Virus record (IMG/VR): IMGVR_UViG_3300009506_000084
Span: 195-64,194 of that record
DNA length: 64,000 nt
Source: a virus
Lineage: Duplodnaviria > Caudoviricetes
Direction: 5' to 3' (one strand)
Under the pieces are notes generated by a model. That model worked only from the letters and a program-made list of their open reading frames with translations, searched no databases and was not told the origin of the DNA. Of this stretch, positions 56,140 through 64,000 are shown one piece after another. Positions within the stretch are counted from its first letter, which is position 1. Each line of letters starts with the position of its first letter. The translations under genes and the position numbers were made by a program.

Positions 56140-58466
56140 ATGCCAGGAGAATACCGGCTGGTGGTCAAAGGCCACGACGGCGACCAAATCGGGGTGATGA
56201 CGGCCTACGAGTCGTTCACCTACGAGAAGTTGCTGAACCGGGCCGGGACCGGGGTGCTGGTCGCCCATTACGGGGTGACCGACGCTGCCGATGCGTTGCT
56301 GGACGAACTGGCCTACGACATCATCCTGGAGGTCCAGCGGCGCATCGATGGCGACTCGGAATGGTACGTCGATTGGATGGGCCTGTGCCAAGACACGCAG
56401 GAGGAAATCACCCAGGCCGCGACCGACAAGGACACCTGGAATTTCGTCCACATCAATCACCATCTGGAACGCCGCCGGGTCATCCCGCCGTGGGAGGGCT
56501 ACTACCCCGACACGGGCCGCATCTACCAGGCCAACCGCTGGCTGGAAACCGCCGTTGTCGGCAACGCCATGCGCAACCTGGTGCGCGAACAGGCAGTTGA
56601 CCCCTGCAGACCAACGAAGTGGAACCGGCGGCGGCGGGTGCCCCCGGCCTGGTCTTCGGAGAGGATGAGACGGAACAATACGCCGTGGAGGGGCAGGGGC
56701 TTTGGAACTGGGGCAGCGGCGACCAGATGTTCGTGGGGGCCGGGAGCCGCAGCCAGGCCTATTGCGGCATCTACACGACCCCGGACGGCGACACCTACAC
56801 CTTACAACGCAACGGCAATATGGGCGACATCGTCCAGCGGTTTCTTTGTTTTCAGGCGTGGGACGATGGCCTGGGCGAACGCATGTACGTGGGAACCGGG
56901 GGACTGATTCAGGCCGACGGGGAAGTGTGGCGGTCGGACGTAAACGACCCAACCAACTGGACGCGGGTTGCCAACCTGACTCAATGCAACGGGGTATTTG
57001 ACCTGGAAGTCCATGAATCCCTGTTGTATGGCAATGAGTTGTATTGTTGTTGTGGCTACGGGGTCTTTGGAACGGCAGGCAACTACCGCGCCCGCGGCCG
57101 CATCTATCGCACATTTGATGGCACAACCTGGGAGTTGGTCTATGACGGCAATCCTGGCGGTGGCGCGGTCACGACCCAGAAGTACATCTGTTTTCAGGGA
57201 TTGAAATCATGGGACGATGGCTATCTGTATGCCGCCGGGTCATACTATGACGAGAATCAGCAATACCGGGCCAGGGTCATTCGCAGCGCAAGCGGGGATG
57301 TGGGGTCGTGGTCGGTCGTGTTTGATGAGATTGCGACCGACCTTGACACCGGAGACGATATAGACCTTATTGGCGCCTGTTGCCTAGAATCGTTCGGCAA
57401 CTACCTGTATGTCGGCCTGGGCGACCGGTGGCGACCGCGGCGATGGGGAGAAGGCCGGGTGTACCGCACGGCAGATGGCACAACCTGGACCCAGGTGTTT
57501 GGCTCCAACGATGACAGTGCCCCCCAATATGCCGCCGCGGGTTGTACCTGTCTGGCCCCGCACGACGGGGCGTTGTGGATGGGTACGGGCGGCGACGCCA
57601 AGGGCGATGCGCGGGTCTGGTTCACGCTGGACGGCCTGACTTGGTTTGAATCGTTCGACTGTCGCGGCATGGAGTACCAGACCTGTTTTTGCCTTATATC
57701 ATTCCTGACCGACCTGTATGCAGGATTTGGCGGCTGCCTCAAATCGCCAACGGAATTCAACCAATACGTTTTCGACCAAGGCGATATGTGGCGCATGACA
57801 TCGGCGGGCTGGGACCCGCCGGACGCGCAACGGGAAGGGGCAGGCCGGTGGCCGTCCGTCCTGAGCGTGTTGAGCGAACTAGCCGAATCGTCGCTTGACA
57901 CAGAAGGTGGCACCGACTTCATGGTGGAGCCTTATGACCTGGGCGGGGACACGCAAGAATTCCTGTTCTCGGCCCGCGCCCCGTGGGGGACCGACCATCG
58001 CAGCACCAGCGACGACCCCATCATCTTCGGCGTTCCTAGGGGCAACATGGGCGACCCCCAATACCTGGTGGAGCGCAGCCAGGGGCCTACCGTGGTCTAC
58101 GTGCTGGGGTCGGGCGGGGAGGAACGGAGGCCCGTCCTGCGCTTTTCCAACGTGGCGGCAATGGCCGCATCCCCGTGGGGCCGGTTTGAGGGGACCATAG
58201 ACGCCCAAGGGGTCAGTGGCCCGTTGGAATTGTGGGAAAAAGCCATGGAGGCTCTCAATCAAGGGGTGTTGGAATCTTTCGGCTTTGTGGCGCTGGACAC
58301 CCCGTCTACCCGATACGGGGATTGGGACATCGGGGACCTGGTAACCGCGGTCTTTCGAGACATTGTCGCCCATTGCAAAATCGAGGGGGTGCGCGTTGAC
58401 CTGGGCGGAAACAACAAGGCAGTAGAGTACATCGTGCCAGAAATCCGGCTATTGGAGATAGTGTGA
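56140..58466 (+). CDS. Gp37-like tail hub protein with inserted beta-propeller; frameshifted near 56601 (ORFs 56140..56907 and 56619..58466)
   Basis: Hub-like N-terminus; C-terminal LSVLSELA..DF..IFG..GN..VYVLGSG..R.E..DA..YGDWDIGDLVT; Asp-box repeats in between. Confidence 0.65.
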
Positions 58467-59098
58467 GCGAAGACCTGGAAAAGATATTGCAAAGCGTTGC
58501 AAATACCCTCAAGCAACAAAATGACCGGATTGCTGCGCTGGAAGCCCGCGGGCAAGACCAGGGGCAGGACTGGGGCGCACCGTCAGAAATGGGATGGGTG
58601 TCGCCCACTAGCCCGCCGGGGTTGAGCGTGCAAATCAGCCGGGGTATCGCTTTTCGGAATGATGAATACAACCCGTCATCGGATTGGGTCTATCCCGAAT
58701 ACATGCTAACGTTTGGCTGGCCGGACTACGTGTTTGACATGACCCCCTATGTCAGTGCGTTCTCCGACGCCTACTACTATCGCCTGGTCGTCATCACCAA
58801 GCCGATGTCTACGGTCAATTACGCAGGGTGGGACCTGTATGAATATCCTTGGGGAGATTTTGAAACCTATCAGGAATGTGTCGAAGATGCCTGGGACGCC
58901 ATTCAATCGGGCATCATAGACCTGTACGATGGCAATCCTTATTGGCCTGATGCCATCATATCATTTGCGGCACTCATCCTGCGCAACAACGGGACCATCG
59001 GAAGTGCGGGCCAGTATCTGCCTGTGACCCTGCATGACACGGAGCAATCTACCATTTTCATCCGGGACTTTCGTCCCTGGTTCTGGGCGGCCCAATAA
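58463..59098 (+). CDS. Putative tail-associated protein
   Basis: N-terminal coiled coil (RIAALE), follows the hub. Confidence 0.5.
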   Translation: MSEDLEKILQSVANTLKQQNDRIAALEARGQDQGQDWGAPSEMGWVSPTSPPGLSVQISRGIAFRNDEYNPSSDWVYPEYMLTFGWPDYVFDMTPYVSAFSDAYYYRLVVITKPMSTVNYAGWDLYEYPWGDFETYQECVEDAWDAIQSGIIDLYDGNPYWPDAIISFAALILRNNGTIGSAGQYLPVTLHDTEQSTIFIRDFRPWFWAAQ

Positions 59099-59099
59099 T

Positions 59100-59732
59100 A
59101 TGAAAATCATCTATTGCGCGTCTACCCTGGGAGGAACAGCCCGCGGCGTCGGCATTTTGCGCGAACTTGGCGGCGGGGTGCTGGTTACTCCATTTCGGGA
59201 AGTCGTAGACCTGGAAGATGGCATCGTGTTCTTCGGCCATGTTCCCCTGTCTTGTCAGACGTTGATACTTGACAAGGTGCGCCCCAGAAGGCGGGGTGGC
59301 AATTACGACAAGATACTGATTTATGGAGAAGACATCGAGCCGGGACCGGTGTTGCCACGCCAGATAGACGAAATGGACTTGCAACGAGCAGAAGCGTGGT
59401 GGCAAGCCCCGCCCCTGCTCAGGCTCAAAATTGGACGCATTCATTATGAACTGGAAACAGACTTTGGGCGAAAAAGAACATTGTCTGTTTGCAGCAGCTA
59501 TCGGCCCAGGGACTGGCGTGATTTCCGGCTTACTGCTAAAGGTCGCGTGGTCTGCCCAAGCCCCGAACTGTTCTATTGGCCTGCCATGGAACTGATGGCG
59601 CTGGCGGATGAGGTTCACGGCGGCGGAATCCAGGTCCAGGCAGAACGGCTTGCCGTCGAGAATCAGGCTGCACGGGTGGCCGCAGACATCAAAAGAGCCA
59701 AGGGGCCAGTGAGTTATTCGTTTCCCGCTTGA
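59100..59732 (+). CDS. Hypothetical protein (degenerate GT-B-like features)
   Basis: MKIIY..GG.ARG, FYWPAMELMALAD. Confidence 0.35.
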   Translation: MKIIYCASTLGGTARGVGILRELGGGVLVTPFREVVDLEDGIVFFGHVPLSCQTLILDKVRPRRRGGNYDKILIYGEDIEPGPVLPRQIDEMDLQRAEAWWQAPPLLRLKIGRIHYELETDFGRKRTLSVCSSYRPRDWRDFRLTAKGRVVCPSPELFYWPAMELMALADEVHGGGIQVQAERLAVENQAARVAADIKRAKGPVSYSFPA

Positions 59733-59757
59733 CAGCCGCCGGGCGCGGCGGTATAAT
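59729..59757 (+). promoter_or_regulatory. Consensus sigma70 promoter
   Basis: TTGACA, 17 nt spacer, TATAAT. Confidence 0.85.
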
Positions 59758-59762
59758 GGGGA

Positions 59763-59839
59763 TGCTGTACGTTTTCTCCTTTCTCCTCCATGAGGAACGG
59801 GAGCCGTTTACAGGGAGACGGCTCCCGTTCTGCCTTTCT
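59763..59839 (+). ncRNA. Candidate small RNA with tandem anti-SD (CUCCU) tract and 3' hairpin
   Basis: Promoter, then TTTTCTCCTTTCTCCTCC, then perfect 13-bp stem GAACGGGAGCCGT/ACGGCTCCCGTTC; no RBS-led plus-strand ORF. Confidence 0.5.
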
Positions 59840-59853
59840 GGGAATTGCCCGAA

Positions 59854-59881
59854 TTGACAAAAAGCCAAGATGTGATATAAT
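59854..59881 (+). promoter_or_regulatory. Consensus sigma70 promoter for the downstream operon
   Basis: TTGACA, 16 nt spacer, TGaTATAAT; GGAGGT RBS and ATG at 59912. Confidence 0.8.
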
Positions 59882-59911
59882 AGACAGAACATCAGACCAG
59901 GGAGGTAGAGA

Positions 59912-60115
59912 ATGGATGATTTGGTGTCTGTCCCGATTATCAGCATTTCGGCGGAGGTTTATCGCCAAATGCTGCAATGCGGGTGTCTGCTGCTCCGGGT
60001 TCAGGGGGCCATCGTCGGCGTCGGCCAGGCCATAGACCCGCCGGTCACGTTCAAGCGGGGGGCCACCGACCAGGAAATCATCAGGCGCTATGAGGAAGCC
60101 TATGGGCGCGAATGA
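59912..60115 (+). CDS. Hypothetical protein
   Basis: GGAGGT RBS after the promoter. Confidence 0.55.
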   Translation: MDDLVSVPIISISAEVYRQMLQCGCLLLRVQGAIVGVGQAIDPPVTFKRGATDQEIIRRYEEAYGRE

Positions 60116-60959
60116 CAAGCTCATCATCTGCGCGGCGCTCACGGGTGCGCTGTTCCAAAAAGTGGACAATCCCAACCTGCCTACCACGCCGGACGAAATT
60201 GCCGCCGATGCCCGGCGCTGTGCAGATGAGGGAGCTTCTATCTTTCACCTACACGCCCGCGACCACCACGAAAACGCCAGCAGCAACGCCTATTACTTCA
60301 AACCCATCATCCAGGCGGTCTGGCACCAAGTGCCAGGGGCCATCATCTGCGTGTCGTGCTCTGGGCGGCACAACCAGACTCTGCCTGAGCGAGCAGAGGT
60401 TCTCAACTTGTCCGGCATCGACATGGCAAGTCTGACCTTGGGAAGCATGAACTTCCCCACCGGGGCCAGTGTTAACGACCCGTTCACCATTCGACAACTG
60501 GCACGAAAGATGCAATATCTTGGCATCGTCCCAGAGTTGGAATGTTTTGAATTGGGACACGTCCATTACAGCTATTATCTAGCCGACCAGGGTGTTTTGA
60601 ACAGACCGCTTTGGTTCAATTTCTTTTTGGGCAATCAGGGGACATTGCCCGCAAACAAGCAATATCTTGTCAACATGGCAGACATCATTCCAGAGGATGC
60701 GTTATGGGCCGGGGCCGGGGTCGGGCGCTATCAAGCCGACGCGGTAGGGTGGGCCATCAGCCTGGGCGGTCACGTGCGAACCGGCCTGGAAGATGGGTTG
60801 CGCGACAAGCACGGGAATCTGACCATCAACCCGGCCCTTGTCCAGCAGGCGGCAATTTGGGGACGGATGGTGGGCCGGGAGCCAGCGACCACCGAAGAAG
60901 CCAGGGCGATGATATGGGGAGAACTCTCTACAAATGACAGAAGGGAGGAAAACACATGA
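60102..60959 (+). CDS. Beta-keto acid cleavage enzyme (3-keto-5-aminohexanoate cleavage family, DUF849)
   Basis: LIICAALTGA, PNLPTTPDEIA, GASIFHLHARD, MASLTLGSMNF, PELECFE, GGHVRTGLED. Confidence 0.9.
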   Translation: MGANDKLIICAALTGALFQKVDNPNLPTTPDEIAADARRCADEGASIFHLHARDHHENASSNAYYFKPIIQAVWHQVPGAIICVSCSGRHNQTLPERAEVLNLSGIDMASLTLGSMNFPTGASVNDPFTIRQLARKMQYLGIVPELECFELGHVHYSYYLADQGVLNRPLWFNFFLGNQGTLPANKQYLVNMADIIPEDALWAGAGVGRYQADAVGWAISLGGHVRTGLEDGLRDKHGNLTINPALVQQAAIWGRMVGREPATTEEARAMIWGELSTNDRREENT

Positions 60960-61294
60960 ACGTTGTGGTGAGAGATAAACAAGGGGAAAGCCACCCGGTG
61001 CGCCTGACCCACTGGTGGCCGGGGCGGTGGTGGAAACGGTGGGACATCACATTTGGGGCACCGGCTCCCATACCAAATTACCTGGTTGCGCAGGCGGCAA
61101 GAGAGGGTAGCCGGTACATGACGGTGGCCCGCGTGGACCTGGGCTACGTCGAACTCACGACCACTGCCCGATGTTGCCCGCGGGACCAGCCCCGTCGGTC
61201 AGCAGGCCGGTTCATCGCGCTTTTGCGGCTGGCAAGGGCGCTGAAAACGATGGGACTCAAAATGGAAAAGGAGGAAAAGGACGATGGAGAATAG
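60956..61294 (+). CDS. Hypothetical protein
   Basis: GGGAGG RBS; ARCCPRDQP...GRFIAL.R motif. Confidence 0.5.
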   Translation: MNVVVRDKQGESHPVRLTHWWPGRWWKRWDITFGAPAPIPNYLVAQAAREGSRYMTVARVDLGYVELTTTARCCPRDQPRRSAGRFIALLRLARALKTMGLKMEKEEKDDGE

Positions 61295-61913
61295 GCCGAC
61301 CCTGGTCATTTTGGGGGCAGGGGATTTTGCCAAGGTCGCGGCAGACCTGGTTGAATCCCACCTGATGAAAGTCAGCATGTTCATCGTGGACCAGGTCGAA
61401 AACGAGCGAATTTGGAAAGATGTCCCGGTAATCAGCTTAGACAAAGCCCGGATGACGCCAACGGTCGGTTATGTCTGCGCCATTATGTCGCCCAAGCGCA
61501 GAGGGTTCATCGCCCGCGCAGAAGGGATGCTGCCCATCCAGGCCGTCCGGCTGACCAGTATCCAGGCCGACCTTTCAGAGCAGGCGTTTGTTGGTCAGGG
61601 CTGCATCGTCTGCCGAGGGGCCGTCGTCGACACCGGGGTCATCTTGCAACAGCACGTCATCGTCAACCGGGGGGCTACCATCGGCCACCATGTGTCCATT
61701 GGCCGGTACTCGACCATCGGGCCGGGGGCAAACCTGGCGGGTCGGGTCAAGGTCGGGGAAGGGGTCACCATCGGCATGGGGGCCAACATCCGGGAAGGGG
61801 TACGCATCGGGGACAATTCGGTGGTCGGCATGGGCAGCGTTGTGTTGGAGAGCATCCCTGAAAACGAAGTGTGGTGGGGCGTCCCGGCAGGGTTCCAGCA
61901 TTACAATGAGTGA
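61284..61913 (+). CDS. NeuD/PglD-family sugar acyltransferase
   Basis: LVILGAG, hexapeptide repeats with IGHH, WGVPA. Confidence 0.88.
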   Translation: MENRPTLVILGAGDFAKVAADLVESHLMKVSMFIVDQVENERIWKDVPVISLDKARMTPTVGYVCAIMSPKRRGFIARAEGMLPIQAVRLTSIQADLSEQAFVGQGCIVCRGAVVDTGVILQQHVIVNRGATIGHHVSIGRYSTIGPGANLAGRVKVGEGVTIGMGANIREGVRIGDNSVVGMGSVVLESIPENEVWWGVPAGFQHYNE

Positions 61914-62127
61914 CCAGGAATGCAAAACCTGCCAGCGGTTGCGCCAAGAGCTTGCACAACAGACCGTGCTCATCGCCAAGCTCAACGACGACTTGCGCAC
62001 GCAGAAATCCTGGGCGCGGTCATGGGGCAACGCCTATCTTCGGATGAAGGCCGAATTGAAAGCCATGCGGGAGGCTTGGGTCGAACGGGAGACGGAATGG
62101 GAAGCAAGCCATGAGAACACAGGTTGA
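61906..62127 (+). CDS. Small coiled-coil protein
   Basis: MSDQECKTC, heptad pattern. Confidence 0.45.
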   Translation: MSDQECKTCQRLRQELAQQTVLIAKLNDDLRTQKSWARSWGNAYLRMKAELKAMREAWVERETEWEASHENTG

Positions 62128-62341
62128 AATCATCAAGTGTGACAAATGCTTCCGTGAAATAAGGGGAGAACCCAAGGTCATCGTCGCCAACGACAGGCGT
62201 GCGGAATTCTGCGACGGTTGCGCCGGGGAGGTCTGGTACATTCTGGTCACCATCCTGCCCATCCATTTCGACGTGGAAATACCGGGCCTGCGCACCGTCG
62301 GCTGGCGGGCCTGTGAAAACAGGGAGCCACCTTATCCATGA
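62111..62341 (+). CDS. Small zinc-finger protein
   Basis: CDKC...FCDGC. Confidence 0.5.
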   Translation: MRTQVEIIKCDKCFREIRGEPKVIVANDRRAEFCDGCAGEVWYILVTILPIHFDVEIPGLRTVGWRACENREPPYP

Positions 62342-63093
62342 GCCGAAAGAGGAACGTCCGTGAAAACAGTGCCATCCAGTGGCTGGCGGCACTGATGCCC
62401 GCGCTGGCGGCGCTGCCGTCGGCCTACTTCGTGGCGCGGTCTGCCTACTACCACTTGATTCTCAACTGGCACCTGGACTTCTGGCCGGTCCTGGGCGTGA
62501 CGGTGGCCGTCGTCGTCGGCCTGGTGGTGGAAAGCCTGGGGACCGTGAGCATCTTTTTGGCCCTGACCTTCCATCGGTGGAACCGGGTCAAGGGCAAGCT
62601 CAAGGGATACGACCGCGCCCCTTACGGCCTGGCAGTGATGTCCATTGTACTGTATGTGACGGCAACCGTCATTTTGTTAGCGATCCTGGAGGCGTGGCCG
62701 CAAACGTCGGCCTACGCCCCAATGGTCTTTCCATTCATGACGGTGTTGGGCGGGACGTGTTGGGCCATGTACGACCAGCACCGGGACCGGCTGGCCTATC
62801 ATGGGCTGTCTTGGAATTGGGTTGTTCTGGAAAGGTCTGAGCCGGTCCAGGTTCGGAAACCAGAACCGGAAATTGAATCTGAACCAGTCCGGCCGGAAAC
62901 ACGACTGGACCGGCTGGACTGGCTGGTGGACCATTTCTCGTCCGACCCGGTCCTAGATATTCCGAACTTGGAAGGGGCGCTAGGTGTGTCCCGGTCCACA
63001 ATCTACGCTGACCTGGGAGCCTTGGAGCAGGCCGGACGGGTCAGCCGCAACGACGGACATGTGGAGGTTATCGGTGAGCTACAGAGGCAATGA
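62338..63093 (+). CDS. Membrane protein with C-terminal helix-turn-helix
   Basis: Four hydrophobic helices; LGVSRSTIYADL..LEQAG. Confidence 0.65.
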   Translation: MSRKRNVRENSAIQWLAALMPALAALPSAYFVARSAYYHLILNWHLDFWPVLGVTVAVVVGLVVESLGTVSIFLALTFHRWNRVKGKLKGYDRAPYGLAVMSIVLYVTATVILLAILEAWPQTSAYAPMVFPFMTVLGGTCWAMYDQHRDRLAYHGLSWNWVVLERSEPVQVRKPEPEIESEPVRPETRLDRLDWLVDHFSSDPVLDIPNLEGALGVSRSTIYADLGALEQAGRVSRNDGHVEVIGELQRQ

Positions 63094-64000
63094 CGACCCA
63101 TTGTACCGCCTGCTCGGTGCCATTTCGATGCTGCGCCAGGCGGCGGGAGGCGGGCCAGAGAGCCAAATCAGCACGCGGGAAGATGTCAACATCGTCACGC
63201 GGTTCCAACTGGCCGCGCTGAACGCCCTTGCCCTGTTCATGGCCTTTTGCCTGTTCATGGCTGGCCTGTACCTGACCAGCAGCGGCATCGCCTGGCTGCT
63301 GGACCTGAACATGGACCCGGCGTCTTACTTGCTGGCGTGGCTGGTCATTCTGCTTGTGGCAATTGGCGTCAACGCCGGAATCAGGCGACTTTTCCAGTCT
63401 GCCATTCGCCCGGTCCAGTCGTTTGCGGTGGTGGTGGCCTTGATTGTCGTGGGGCTGGCGCTGGGGTCGTTTGCGCTGACCGTCAGGGAGCATTACGACC
63501 CGGTACGGCTGGCCGGGATGGTCGTAGGGGCCGGGATGATGGTTGCTGCCCCGGTCTGGTTCTATAACCAGGCCATGGACCTGGTTCAACCGTACTGGCG
63601 GCGGTCGCCCTATGAGGATGCCATCCAGCGAGAAATCTTCCCCGCCATCCGTGCGCTCCTGGGCATGGACAAAGAAGAAGAACAAGCGCGGGAAGTTGAC
63701 CCGCGGTTCCCGTTCCAACAGTGGTCACAACCGGCCTACACACCACAACCCCTGATGCACCGGCCCGGATGGGCTGACACCTACGTGCCAGGAGAAGAAA
63801 CCCTATATGACGAAGAACAGGAGAAATGGCGAGAACTGTTGGGGGATGAAGAAAAAGAAGAAGAAGAAGAACCAACGGTCATCACGGCGGAGGCTGGCAA
63901 CCTGGTCTGGTTTGCGCTGTACGCGGCTCGCTGCCGTTCGCTGACCCACGCCGACCTGCTCATCAAACCCGCGCCAACCCTGCCGTTCAAAGAGAAGGAC
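63074..64000 (+). CDS. Multi-pass membrane protein, runs off the window end (not in ORF track)
   Basis: GGAGGT RBS and GTG; MSYRGNDDPLYRLLGAISML...LALFMAFCLFMAGLYL. Confidence 0.55.
   Translation, partial: MSYRGNDDPLYRLLGAISMLRQAAGGGPESQISTREDVNIVTRFQLAALNALALFMAFCLFMAGLYLTSSGIAWLLDLNMDPASYLLAWLVILLVAIGVNAGIRRLFQSAIRPVQSFAVVVALIVVGLALGSFALTVREHYDPVRLAGMVVGAGMMVAAPVWFYNQAMDLVQPYWRRSPYEDAIQREIFPAIRALLGMDKEEEQAREVDPRFPFQQWSQPAYTPQPLMHRPGWADTYVPGEETLYDEEQEKWRELLGDEEKEEEEEPTVITAEAGNLVWFALYAARCRSLTHADLLIKPAPTLPFKEKD

Noticed and set aside
1-64000. Alternative genetic code or stop-codon readthrough
   Set aside because: The standard code gives dense, tightly overlapping genes, and all three stop codons are used at gene ends

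Overview
The window is one continuous, entirely plus-strand block of a GC-rich tailed dsDNA phage or prophage with a siphovirus-type tail. Gene order: terminase S/L, portal, MuF-like head protein, virion accessory proteins, protease/scaffold, Cys-rich major capsid, a ~26 kb glycosyltransferase/methyltransferase/nucleotide-sugar island, head-tail connectors, tail tube, tail chaperone, tape measure, Dit, tail-tip proteins and the start of a downstream operon. No integrase, replication genes, tRNA or CRISPR array was seen. A Chloroflexota-like host is a weak inference only. The main discovery is a dispersed family of nine modules, one inside the portal ORF and eight stand-alone genes between 4.9 and 41 kb. 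The stand-alone genes start with M-x(4-7)-W-x-L-x(0-3)-K; the portal copy has a degenerate WGYK. In eight of the nine a conserved Pro/Gly tag follows (consensus approx. P-N-Q-P-R-(I/V)-P-A-G-x3-G-G-(Q/R)-(W/F)-T-S-G). The tag is fused to unrelated protein-modifying enzyme domains: 3 ADP-ribosyltransferases, 2 GNAT acetyltransferases, 2 zincin peptidases, 1 PI3/4K/HipA-like kinase and 1 unknown domain. Four of the genes are followed by a tiny candidate partner gene. This looks like a capsid-targeting, protease-cleaved cargo-tag system delivering a polymorphic effector set (inference). Other observations: a shared QLA(D/E)GQK motif in portal and capsid N-termini, promoter-leader-terminator units ahead of structural operons, a candidate anti-Shine-Dalgarno sRNA, a +1/-2 tail-chaperone frameshift, and two homopolymer frameshifts that may be assembly errors. 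All family assignments come from motif recognition by eye, not database searches.
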